64,000 nt of DNA from Acholeplasmatales bacterium (GTDB taxonomy: Bacteria > Bacillota_I > Bacilli_A > Acholeplasmatales > JAEDCM01), in NCBI GenBank assembly GCA_017961685.1, contig JAGCWW010000003.1, positions 3,119-67,118 on the forward strand, read 5' to 3'. Below the pieces are notes generated by a model. That model made no database searches. It was given only the letters and a program-made list of their open reading frames with translations, and was not told where the DNA came from. The translations under genes were made by a program, and so were the position numbers. Every line of letters begins with the position of its first letter. Positions within the stretch are counted from its first letter, which is position 1. Positions 41,392 to 51,121 of this stretch are shown piece after piece.

Positions 41392-43983
41392 TTATGCCTC
41401 TACAAAGTCAACACAATCAACCATGTGCATATTAGTTCCCTCAATAGTTATTCCGCTATTAGCTAATAATTGGCTAACTTGTTCCCAAACTGTATCATTA
41501 AATGCACCATCAATGTCTAAACTAGAAATCTTTATATATCCGTATGCCATACCAGATACTTTTACTAGATTTTGATCATAATCAGTTAATGTTTTTTCAA
41601 ATACATTTTCACTTATGAAATCATCATCAGTTACAAATATATTCATATGATTCCAGTGGCCATCTAATATTTCAATTTCATAGCCATTGCCTCTTTCGAA
41701 GTATTCATATGATCTTACTATTTTATTGCTACCATCAGTCACTAACGCTCCATATTCAGGAGTATGTTTATTAATTCCTTCAGTAGGACTTTCTACTACT
41801 GTTGAAACATAAATCATTCCATCTATTTCTTTCATAATACCGATTAGACCAATATTACAATCACAATCATTACAGCTTGAATCATATATATCTTCTATTA
41901 CAGCATATTTTTTTGCTCCTGTAGAGATTTTAGTGTGATTAATACGTTCTATGCCTCTATCATATTTTGTAACAACAATATGACTATATTCATCATTTCC
42001 ATCAAAATTTAGATCATAATATACATTCATTCTTCTATCGCCATGATATGTACATATTGCTTCTTCAGGATTTCCTGAGCTTATAGTTACACCAGAAGTA
42101 TCAGAGAAATTTGTAGTATCTACATGGATATATTGAGTCGCATAATTTGTATTAGCCATATAAAATTGAACGTCATATTCAGTTTCTGCTACATTAACAG
42201 AATATAATCCACCATAATGGTTATTTGCTTCAAGTTCAACAGGTTCATTATCTCCTACCTTTATTCTTGCCATAATATCATCATGATTTGGGCTAAATGA
42301 ATCAATAGTTACATAGAATGTTGAATTATTATTATCGCCTTTAACAACAAATGATTCGTTGTATTTAAAATTATAGCTATGTGTATATAGTTCATAATCT
42401 TCTTCAGGTACTATAAATTCTTCAGGTAAATGATATTCAATATAATATCGTAATGTTCCGGTACTTCCATCGCTAGAACATATCTCTGTTTTATTTCCAT
42501 AATCAATTACAATTGAATAATCATCTTCTGGATCTTCAGGATCATCATAATGTACAATAATGTAATACTTATAGTCTGATGGCCAATATCCATCAGCTGG
42601 AATATCTGCTGGAGTACTAGCATAATCTGAATTGAAGAATTCATCTAAATCACTAACTGATATAGTCATAAAAGCACAATATACTTCAAATTCATCAGTA
42701 AAATCAAGTTTTAACTCAATTTCTCTTTTTACAACTTCAAATTCATAAACATCTGATTTATAATTTTCAGTTTCTAATACTTTACAGTACCATGTACCAA
42801 GTCCAAGTGGATTCATTGTATCATATTCTGTAAATGTACCATTTCTTTGAGTACTATAAACAAATTTAATATCCTCAGTTACTTTTTTATCTGTTGTAAT
42901 TATAGTTTTTGGATCAATCATAAATCCGGCATCTGATGAGAAACTTAACTTTAAATCAAGTGCACCATCTTGTAATACACTAAACTTGAGTGGATCTGAT
43001 CTATAAGCTTTATTATCTTTTGAAATAAGCTTAATATACCATTCGCCTATATCTAGTGTTCCAATTTCACTTAATTCCTTATATTCTCCATCAACAGTTT
43101 TACTATAAAGATATGATATATTACCTAAATCATTATAATCTTCTTCAATTTCTATTAATGTAGAAGGATCTTCATTATATTTAGGTTGTGATTTAAAACT
43201 AAACTTTATAACACCATTAACTTTTTCAGATTGTTCTATTCTTTCAAATTCATTAATGATATCTACGATTTCATCAATTTCTTCACTAGTTAATTCTTCT
43301 TTTATTACATTAAATATTGTTTCAAGATCACTATCGGCAATATCTACTTTTTCACTATTATCAATAAATTCATTGATATCTTCTACTGCTTCAGATAAAT
43401 CAGTAGTATAGCTAAATGAATAATTTTCAGGCAATAATGTTTTATTTAATTTTTCATTTTTAAATAAATAAACTTCAGTATTACCATCTAAAACAGCTAG
43501 GCTTGTAGTTATCTTATTATCAACAACACTAACATTAAAGCTAATTTGTGTACCACGAATAGCCATAATGGAGTTAGTTGATGCAATTTCAAAAGATTCA
43601 GTGTTTTTTAACTTTTCTTTTAATTCAACTACAATACCACCTTTTTCAACGATGATTCTTGTTTTTGTGTTACTCTTTTTCCCTGTTGCAATAAGTTTTA
43701 ATGTTGTATTCTCCTTAGCCATTATAAACTTATCACTATCAAGCTTTAAAATTGTTGATGAAGCTTCTTTTACTTCAACTATATCATCATTTTTAAGCTT
43801 CATTTTATCTTGAGCAATTAAAGTTGCTTCTTTTCTTTTAACATTAACTGTACCAGTAACGCTATAAACATTAATTGATCTATATGCTTTACCTTTTGGT
43901 AGGCATAAGCAAATAATTAATACAATAGCCGCAATTAAAACTGCTCCCCCAATTGAAGAAAATAATAAAATTTTCTTTTTCAT
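41392..43983 (-). CDS. Membrane-anchored FecR-domain surface protein (paralog 1)
   Basis: Same N-terminus as 38803-41205; FEIASTNSIMAIRGT; duplicated roughly 80 aa beta module; own promoter TTGACA-18-TATAAT. Confidence 0.75.
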   Translation of the reverse strand: MKKKILLFSSIGGAVLIAAIVLIICLCLPKGKAYRSINVYSVTGTVNVKRKEATLIAQDKMKLKNDDIVEVKEASSTILKLDSDKFIMAKENTTLKLIATGKKSNTKTRIIVEKGGIVVELKEKLKNTESFEIASTNSIMAIRGTQISFNVSVVDNKITTSLAVLDGNTEVYLFKNEKLNKTLLPENYSFSYTTDLSEAVEDINEFIDNSEKVDIADSDLETIFNVIKEELTSEEIDEIVDIINEFERIEQSEKVNGVIKFSFKSQPKYNEDPSTLIEIEEDYNDLGNISYLYSKTVDGEYKELSEIGTLDIGEWYIKLISKDNKAYRSDPLKFSVLQDGALDLKLSFSSDAGFMIDPKTIITTDKKVTEDIKFVYSTQRNGTFTEYDTMNPLGLGTWYCKVLETENYKSDVYEFEVVKREIELKLDFTDEFEVYCAFMTISVSDLDEFFNSDYASTPADIPADGYWPSDYKYYIIVHYDDPEDPEDDYSIVIDYGNKTEICSSDGSTGTLRYYIEYHLPEEFIVPEEDYELYTHSYNFKYNESFVVKGDNNNSTFYVTIDSFSPNHDDIMARIKVGDNEPVELEANNHYGGLYSVNVAETEYDVQFYMANTNYATQYIHVDTTNFSDTSGVTISSGNPEEAICTYHGDRRMNVYYDLNFDGNDEYSHIVVTKYDRGIERINHTKISTGAKKYAVIEDIYDSSCNDCDCNIGLIGIMKEIDGMIYVSTVVESPTEGINKHTPEYGALVTDGSNKIVRSYEYFERGNGYEIEILDGHWNHMNIFVTDDDFISENVFEKTLTDYDQNLVKVSGMAYGYIKISSLDIDGAFNDTVWEQVSQLLANSGITIEGTNMHMVDCVDFVEA

Positions 43984-44092
43984 ATAATCCCTCCCAGTAA
44001 GTGTATATACACTTTAATATAGATTATTTTTAACCTCTTATATTATACTTTTTATAATATACGTTTGTCAAATATATATTTTTTTAAACAAT

Positions 44093-44116
44093 AAAAAAAC
44101 GGCTAAATAAGCCGTT
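44093..44116 (-). terminator. Intrinsic terminator
   Basis: AACGGCT/AGCCGTT stem plus T-run. Confidence 0.75.
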
Positions 44117-45920
44117 ATTCATTAAAGTAGTAACTTCTAATTAAGTTATCTGAAATATCAAAGCATTTGCTTAAAATTTCCTTTTCATCTTTAGTTAAAC
44201 TTCCTTTAAGTTTTCCATTAGCTAAATATGCATAACTTAAATTTGTTTTAAGTAAATTTCTTCCCATAAAGATTCTACCATCTTTATAATTAAACTTTAA
44301 ATCAAACATATAAGCAAGTGTTGGTAGGGCATCTACTTGTCCACCAATTACATCTATTTTTTGTTTATCTAGCTTTTTATTATAAACGATATATGGAACT
44401 TTATAGTCACTAGAATTACCTATAAATTCATAAGTTTTTGCTTGTTTATTTGCTAAATGTGGTGCATATTTATGAATGCCACCATGATCTCCAGTAATAA
44501 CTAAAGTTGTATTATCTAATATTCCTTCATTATCTAGTTTTAAAACAAAACTTCCAATACATTTATCAACATAATGAGCCCAGTTGATGTAATTACCAAC
44601 CTTACCCATTCCTTTTAAATCAAGGTCAAAGAATTCTTCTTGTTTAGGATATGGGAAGTGTGATGAAGCTAAAACAATATGAGTATAGAACTTACTATCC
44701 TTCATCTTATAAATCTCATTATAAGCAGTATCAAGTACATGTTCATCAGCTACATATCCTACAGTTTTTTTATCTCCTGGAATGTCATATAATTCACTAT
44801 CAAAACCAATGGTTTTTGTCTCAACGGCCTGATAATTCCATTCTGAGTGTTTACTTGCATTAATATATAATGACTTATATCCTTCAAGCTTTAGTTCTTC
44901 TGCTAAACTATGATATTCACTATCCTTAAAATGGATAAAAGTAATAGGTTTATTAGTTGGTAACATACCTGTCATCATCATGATATCACAGTCACTACTA
45001 TTACCATTTTTCACCTGTTCATATAAGTCGAAATGGTAAGCATTATTAAGTAATTTATTAATGTTTGGTGTTATTTCAATACCATTTATAGAATTACCTA
45101 TAACAAAGCTTTCAATAGCTTCAAGTTGTAAAAATATTACATTGCTATCTTTTAGAATGCCACTTGAATTAGTTGAATCAACTGCATTTAATTCATCATT
45201 TTTAAGTAAGTTTTGATAGTTTTTATAATCTTCTTTTACACTATCTTTTAGCTTTATTTTTTTACTAATAGTAATACTATCTTTTATATCAATTAAGTGA
45301 TATCCAAGTGATGTATATGCAGCAACTTGATTTTCCGTATTAGTTGAATTAATTGTCTTTTTTGAATTAATTGTGGAAAAACTAATTAATGTTAAAAAGC
45401 TAAACGTTACAAATAAAGGGCTATTTATTTTTGGATAAGTAAATAAATCTTTTTTGAAACCATAAATAAGTAAAAATATAACAAAAGGTATATCAATAAA
45501 GAATAAAATATCAAGTATTGATACATAAATGGATGGATCTAGAAAATAATTATTTCCTTCTGCTTCACCACCAGAATTTTTGAATAACCAATAAGCTGAA
45601 GGTGCACCTTGGAAGCATCTACAATATACTAAGTCTATGACGCTAAAAATCATAATCACAATATAGATTATAAATGGATAAATATATCTTCCCTTCTTCT
45701 TAAAGAATAGGGCAAATGATAATATAAACGATATAAATGCGATTTCAATTAATAGCTTTAAACCAGTAAAACCTAGTCCATAGAATAAATGATATCCAAA
45801 GTGATTTGAATGATGCATAAATCCTACAACTAAGGCGTTTTTTATAATTATTAGTAGATACAATAAAACTATGAAAATGGCGCTATAATGTTTCTTCAGA
45901 AACAACTTCATTATTTTCAC
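44115..45920 (-). CDS. LTA synthase family / sulfatase-fold phosphotransferase
   Basis: TM N-terminus; NVIFLQLEA, ITPNIN, GNSSDCD, SSHFPY, ITGDHGG, GQVDALPT. Confidence 0.88.
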   Translation of the reverse strand: MKIMKLFLKKHYSAIFIVLLYLLIIIKNALVVGFMHHSNHFGYHLFYGLGFTGLKLLIEIAFISFILSFALFFKKKGRYIYPFIIYIVIMIFSVIDLVYCRCFQGAPSAYWLFKNSGGEAEGNNYFLDPSIYVSILDILFFIDIPFVIFLLIYGFKKDLFTYPKINSPLFVTFSFLTLISFSTINSKKTINSTNTENQVAAYTSLGYHLIDIKDSITISKKIKLKDSVKEDYKNYQNLLKNDELNAVDSTNSSGILKDSNVIFLQLEAIESFVIGNSINGIEITPNINKLLNNAYHFDLYEQVKNGNSSDCDIMMMTGMLPTNKPITFIHFKDSEYHSLAEELKLEGYKSLYINASKHSEWNYQAVETKTIGFDSELYDIPGDKKTVGYVADEHVLDTAYNEIYKMKDSKFYTHIVLASSHFPYPKQEEFFDLDLKGMGKVGNYINWAHYVDKCIGSFVLKLDNEGILDNTTLVITGDHGGIHKYAPHLANKQAKTYEFIGNSSDYKVPYIVYNKKLDKQKIDVIGGQVDALPTLAYMFDLKFNYKDGRIFMGRNLLKTNLSYAYLANGKLKGSLTKDEKEILSKCFDISDNLIRSYYFNE

Positions 45921-46968
45921 CTTCTTCTTTAGTTTCTTTCTTCTTCTTTCCAGTAAATGTTACAAACATAGTTGTTACACCTGATACAATGATTAAGAAA
46001 TAATAGCTTATTCCTCTAACCATCATTAAGGCAGCTTTACCTAAATCACCAGGATAGATTTCTTCATATAGGCCCATGAATGTTGCTTCATAAGCACCTA
46101 CACCTCCAGGGATTGGGAAGGAATCTGCAACTAATGCTATAACAGTTTGTACGGCTATAATGTATATAAATGAATATTCAGGTAAATCAAAACCTGCTTT
46201 TAAACCTAAATATATAAAATAGCCCGTTGAGAAAGTCGCAATTCTTTTTAATATACAAAGTAGTAAAACAATAAAGGAAATAAATAAGTGTTCTTTTACA
46301 AACTTATTGCTTTCTTTAAAATCTTTAATACTACGTCTTAATTTTCTAATCTTTTTATATGGTTTTTTAACTAAACCTTTTTTATGTAATCTAAGTATTG
46401 TTTTAGTACTTGTTCTATATACAACCCCCCCCATAAACATACATACTATAGAAATACTTGCGATAATTAAGTTGCATATAATACCAAATATAATTAAAGC
46501 AACTTGCCACCAACTATCCGCAATAAATAAACCTCTATAAAGTATAACAGCTAATATAGCCATTAAAATTAGGGCTAATTTATTTAAAAATGAATACAAT
46601 AATACCATTGTAGTAGTCTTACTTGCTGGTAGGTTACGCTTACTCATTTCATAGATCATGATAGGTTGTCCACCTACAGCAAATGGCGTTATTTGGGAAA
46701 AAAACAAATCTATACTACAATAACCGAAGCCTTGTAAGGTATTAAATTTCATCTTAAAGCTATGTGTCATAACTTTATAACACAAGCCTTGAATATATGT
46801 TTGTAAAAAGACCATTGAAAGTGCTAAAACAAAGAACCAGGGGTTCATCTTACTAAAATTATTACCTAGTTCGTTAAAGTCACAATCTCTTAAAAGAAAG
46901 TAAAATGATAGTACATATATTAATATTAAAACTAGAGGTTTCCATATTTTTTTAAATACCTTTTTCAC
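45883..46968 (-). CDS. Lysylphosphatidylglycerol synthase TM / flippase-like protein (UPF0104)
   Basis: FFSQITPFAVGGQP, FPIPGGVGAYE, RGISYY. Confidence 0.85.
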   Translation of the reverse strand: MKKVFKKIWKPLVLILIYVLSFYFLLRDCDFNELGNNFSKMNPWFFVLALSMVFLQTYIQGLCYKVMTHSFKMKFNTLQGFGYCSIDLFFSQITPFAVGGQPIMIYEMSKRNLPASKTTTMVLLYSFLNKLALILMAILAVILYRGLFIADSWWQVALIIFGIICNLIIASISIVCMFMGGVVYRTSTKTILRLHKKGLVKKPYKKIRKLRRSIKDFKESNKFVKEHLFISFIVLLLCILKRIATFSTGYFIYLGLKAGFDLPEYSFIYIIAVQTVIALVADSFPIPGGVGAYEATFMGLYEEIYPGDLGKAALMMVRGISYYFLIIVSGVTTMFVTFTGKKKKETKEEGENNEVVSEETL

Positions 46969-46997
46969 TTTCTCACTTCCTTTAAAGAGTTAATTAA

Positions 46998-47627
46998 TTA
47001 AAATACATTACATTTTCTTAAAATTAAGAATGTTAATATGATAGCACCGAAAACAACCATGGCAATAACCATAGGTAATTTTGGCTTTTTAATATGAATT
47101 CTTACAACAAATAAAGTACCTATTAGAATTAAGAAGCCCATATAAACTAATTGGAACCAATCACCTAAGTCTTCAGCAAATATAACTATTAATGGAAATA
47201 TTAATGCTGAAGTTGTAATAGGTAAGCCAACAAAGCCTGTATTTGCTCCGCCTTCACTAGACATTCTTTCATCTTCTAGCACGTTAAAGTATGCTAGTCT
47301 AACTAAGCCGCATAATACGAAAAGCGCTAGAATAACCCATTGATACCATCTATGTAGACCAATAGAGTAACCTATAGCTGCAGGTAAAACACCAAATGCA
47401 ACTAAGTCTGCTAGTGAATCAATTTGCATACCAAATTTCTTCTCTCTATCTGTTCTATTTTTCTTTGTTCTTGCAACCTTACCATCAAATAAATCCAAGA
47501 AACCAGAAATAAGTAAGCACATTGCAGCTGCGAAATAGTTTCCATCAGCAGCAAAGCCTACACCTATTACAGCAGATATTAAACTAAAATAAGTTAAATA
47601 TACTGTATATCCCCAATATCCAACCAT
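46998..47627 (-). CDS. CDP-alcohol phosphatidyltransferase, PssA-like
   Basis: DLFDGKVAR...FGMQIDSLADLVAFG, RLAYFN, FVGLP. Confidence 0.88.
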   Translation of the reverse strand: MVGYWGYTVYLTYFSLISAVIGVGFAADGNYFAAAMCLLISGFLDLFDGKVARTKKNRTDREKKFGMQIDSLADLVAFGVLPAAIGYSIGLHRWYQWVILALFVLCGLVRLAYFNVLEDERMSSEGGANTGFVGLPITTSALIFPLIVIFAEDLGDWFQLVYMGFLILIGTLFVVRIHIKKPKLPMVIAMVVFGAIILTFLILRKCNVF

Positions 47628-47645
47628 AAAATTCACCTCTTTGTG

Positions 47646-47846
47646 TTAGTGTTTCTTTTGGAATTTTCCATCTTTTGTCTTAATAGAAACACTTGCATTT
47701 TGATTTTTAGCTAAAACTTTAAGTCTTGCTTCAGCTTCTGCTTTTGTTTTAAATGTTTGGATAACTTTATCGCTTCCTTGAAGCTTTATGATCCACATTT
47801 TATCTTCTTTTCTATTTGACAAATAATATTTCTTTGCATCAGCCAT
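47646..47846 (-). CDS. Small DUF2188-like protein
   Basis: W.IKLQGS...FKTKAEAE...IKTKDGKFQ pattern. Confidence 0.75.
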   Translation of the reverse strand: MADAKKYYLSNRKEDKMWIIKLQGSDKVIQTFKTKAEAEARLKVLAKNQNASVSIKTKDGKFQKKH

Positions 47847-48756
47847 TGATCTTCTCTCCTTTCCTTAATTTTTCTAATATATCTTTAAAATTATCTGGAA
47901 GTTCACTATCGAATTCTAGATATTTATTAGTTCTTGGATGATTAAAACCAATAATTTTGGCATGTAAATACTGTCCAGTATTTCCTATTTGTTTTTTTGG
48001 TCCATATAATGGATCACCAACAAGTGGATGTCCAATATACTTCATATGAACTCTAATTTGATGAGTTCTACCTGTTTCTAACCTACACTCAACTAAAGTA
48101 TAACCATCAAATCTTTCTAAGACAGTAAAGTTAGTTACAGCAGGCTTACCGCCTTCAACTACTGCCATCTTTTTCCTATCTAATTTATCTCTACCTATAG
48201 GTGCATTGATTCTTCCTTTAGATTCTTCAATAATTCCATAAACTAAAGCAATATATACACGTGTAGTAGTTTTATTCATTAATTGTTGCACTAATGAATT
48301 GTGCGCAAAATCGTTTTTGGCAACCATTAATAAACCTGATGTATCTTTATCTATTCTATGTACAATTCCTGGCCTGTTTACGCCATTTATACCACTTAAA
48401 TCCTTTATCTGATACATTAGTCCATTAACTAAAGTTTTTTCTTTTGTTGTTAGTGTTGGATGTACTATTAAGCCTTGAGGCTTATTAACAACTAACACAT
48501 CAGAATCCTCATAAACAATATCTAAATTCATGTTTACAGGTTCTAAATCATAATCTTCATCAAAAGGAATACTAACGATTATTAAATCATTTTCCTTAAC
48601 TTTATAATTTGCTTTGACTAATTTTTCATTTACGGTGATTAATTCATTATCTAATAAATTTTGTATCTTATTGCGTGATAGTGTAGTGTGACTAGCTAGA
48701 TATTTATCTATTCTTTCTCCAGCCTCATCAACTATAATTTCAATTTCTTCTTTCAT
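47839..48756 (-). CDS. rluD: RluA/RluD family pseudouridine synthase
   Basis: S4-like N-terminus, RPGIVHRIDKDTSG, LETGRTHQIRVH; follows lspA. Confidence 0.92.
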   Translation of the reverse strand: MKEEIEIIVDEAGERIDKYLASHTTLSRNKIQNLLDNELITVNEKLVKANYKVKENDLIIVSIPFDEDYDLEPVNMNLDIVYEDSDVLVVNKPQGLIVHPTLTTKEKTLVNGLMYQIKDLSGINGVNRPGIVHRIDKDTSGLLMVAKNDFAHNSLVQQLMNKTTTRVYIALVYGIIEESKGRINAPIGRDKLDRKKMAVVEGGKPAVTNFTVLERFDGYTLVECRLETGRTHQIRVHMKYIGHPLVGDPLYGPKKQIGNTGQYLHAKIIGFNHPRTNKYLEFDSELPDNFKDILEKLRKGEKING

Positions 48757-48757
48757 T

Positions 48758-49351
48758 TTATTCCTCTACTTTTATAGTATCTTCATCATTTTCTACAGTT
48801 TCTTCTTGATTTTCTTCAATCAATTCTTCTTTTGGTTCATCAACTAATTCTTCATTAGTTGTTTCATCTTCATCTTTATTTAAGAAAACCATGTCTATAA
48901 TGAATAGGAAGAATCCAATAACAAGTAAGATATCTGCGAAATTAAACACTGGGAAATCATAACCAAATATGATGAAATCTAAATAATCAGTTACACTTCT
49001 AAAGAATATTCTATCGATTAAATTACCTATTGTACCACTTATAACCATTACTAAGCTTATAGAAAATATCAACTTAGCTTTAAAATTAATTTTACGGTAC
49101 ATATAAATAAAGAATCCAAGAATTATAATAGATACAATTATTAGAATTACAGTGTAGCCTGAGAAACCTCCCCAAGCAGCACCAGTGTTTTCAACATGAG
49201 AGAAATAAAAGAAATTACCTATGATAGTTATAGATTTACCAACTTCCATATTAACTCTAACAATTATTTTAATTAATTGATCGATTAAAATGCCTAAAAT
49301 GATAAAACCTATACCAAGAATAATATCTTTCTTCTTCAATATAATCACCAC
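48758..49351 (-). CDS. lspA: Lipoprotein signal peptidase II with acidic tail
   Basis: DQLIK, NTGAAWG, GNLIDR, VTDY, FPVFNFAD. Confidence 0.95.
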   Translation of the reverse strand: MVIILKKKDIILGIGFIILGILIDQLIKIIVRVNMEVGKSITIIGNFFYFSHVENTGAAWGGFSGYTVILIIVSIIILGFFIYMYRKINFKAKLIFSISLVMVISGTIGNLIDRIFFRSVTDYLDFIIFGYDFPVFNFADILLVIGFFLFIIDMVFLNKDEDETTNEELVDEPKEELIEENQEETVENDEDTIKVEE

Positions 49352-49704
49352 CCAAAGCTAAACATTAAAATGATAAATGCAACAATAGCAACTATACTTA
49401 CTATTGATATATCAACTACTCTTATATAGAATAAATTGACGTTTTTCGCATCACTATTATAGCTTTCTAATACTTTATCTTTAAAATAAAGCATTAAATA
49501 AATCCAAAATAGTGTTACGACTAATAATAAACACATAATTATTGTGAAATAACGATTTAAATAAAGCAAATTAAGTAATGGTAGATAAGCTATTAAAGAG
49601 ATTAGAAAGGCTAAAATACCGGCAAATAAATAAGCTTTTAAAACTTCATATGGTTTAAAATATAATTTCTTATAGTTATCCATTTCCTTATTGTATTTTC
49701 TCAT
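49345..49704 (-). CDS. Hypothetical three-TM membrane protein
   Basis: Overlaps both neighbours; hydrophobic. Confidence 0.7.
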   Translation of the reverse strand: MRKYNKEMDNYKKLYFKPYEVLKAYLFAGILAFLISLIAYLPLLNLLYLNRYFTIIMCLLLVVTLFWIYLMLYFKDKVLESYNSDAKNVNLFYIRVVDISIVSIVAIVAFIILMFSFGW

Positions 49705-50624
49705 TCTAAAGCCCTCAAATACATTATGGCATCATTTATATTATCTACATAAAAGATAACCATATTTGTACTCATTTTCTTTCTTGCTTCTTCAGCTTCT
49801 TCTTTATTTTCTTTTGGTACAAAGAAGATATCACAGTTATTATACATTGCTGTAAATAACTTAATATCTACACAGCCTATAGCTCCAACATTACCATCTT
49901 CATCAATAGTTCCAGTACCAGCAATTTTATAATCTCTAGCTAAGTTTTCTTCAACTAGATCATCATAAAGCTTAAGTGCTTGCATAAATCCAGCACTTGG
50001 TCCTTCATTATTTGATGCATAAACTTTAATTTTATCGTTATTTATTTCATAATAGCCATACTCTAAATTAATTAGCTTTAAATCATCACTTGTTAGAGTT
50101 ACGCTCATCTTTTCATTACTTCTTAAGATTTCTACTACTCCATTATTTAAATTATTTACACATTCTTCATAACTACTACCTAATATAACATCACCTATGT
50201 TTAATTTATCTGTTTTTGAGTAATATACATAAGTTCCTAAGTATTTATAATCTAAATCTACTCCTGCCTCATTATATGCGGCAATAATAGATTGATAAAT
50301 AGCGCTATTATGCTCTATTATTCCTCTTAGGGAATCTTCTTTATTAGTAATAGTCTTACTTTTTTTATAAGTTTTTGAATCCTCTAAATAATCAAAAACA
50401 AATTTTTGGAATGGAGTAATACTATTTAAATAGCTTACACTTGTTGAATAATAATTATTTGATTTATCAGGTGTATCTATTTCAATAACATCATTTACAT
50501 TATCAACATTGCCTGGAATGTAAGCAACATAATCAATTTTGATTGTTGTAATGCAAATAATAAATATTAATAATAAGCCTAAAATGATAAACAAGAACTT
50601 GAATTTCTTGAGTATATTAATCAT
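49701..50624 (-). CDS. YlbL-like membrane Lon (S16) protease-domain protein
   Basis: GPSAGFM, IAGTGTID.DGNVGAIG, K, FFVP.EN. Confidence 0.85.
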   Translation of the reverse strand: MINILKKFKFLFIILGLLLIFIICITTIKIDYVAYIPGNVDNVNDVIEIDTPDKSNNYYSTSVSYLNSITPFQKFVFDYLEDSKTYKKSKTITNKEDSLRGIIEHNSAIYQSIIAAYNEAGVDLDYKYLGTYVYYSKTDKLNIGDVILGSSYEECVNNLNNGVVEILRSNEKMSVTLTSDDLKLINLEYGYYEINNDKIKVYASNNEGPSAGFMQALKLYDDLVEENLARDYKIAGTGTIDEDGNVGAIGCVDIKLFTAMYNNCDIFFVPKENKEEAEEARKKMSTNMVIFYVDNINDAIMYLRALE

Positions 50625-51087
50625 TTTCTAAAGATACCTTGATTTTATCAATCTTTTTGTAGCTAATACCTGCAGCATCAAGCATCTTCTTACTTGCGAT
50701 ATCTCCATCAGTACCATTATATTTATCATCCATATAAACGATATGCTTGATACCTGATTGAATAATTACTTTAGCACATTCATTGCATGGAAATAAGCTA
50801 ACATATAGTGTTGCACCTTCAAGTTTACTGCTAGAATTAAGTATTGCATTAACTTCAGCATGTACAACATAAGCATACTTTGTAGTTAAGAAACTACCTT
50901 CTCTTTCCCAAGGGAATACTTTATCTTCGCATCCTTTAGGGAAACCATTATATCCAATTCCAATGATTCTTTTTTCATTATTAACAATACAAGCACCAAC
51001 TTGTGTTGATGGATCTTTACTACGCTTTGCAGATAGTAAAGCTACTCCCATAAAATATTCATCCCATGAAATATAATCAGTTCTCAT
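50617..51087 (-). CDS. dCMP deaminase
   Basis: SWDEYFM, RSKDPSTQVGA, HAEVNA, PCNEC. Confidence 0.93.
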   Translation of the reverse strand: MRTDYISWDEYFMGVALLSAKRSKDPSTQVGACIVNNEKRIIGIGYNGFPKGCEDKVFPWEREGSFLTTKYAYVVHAEVNAILNSSSKLEGATLYVSLFPCNECAKVIIQSGIKHIVYMDDKYNGTDGDIASKKMLDAAGISYKKIDKIKVSLEND

Positions 51088-51121
51088 AATTTATTCCTCC
51101 TAAGCTTATTAGTTTTAATTT

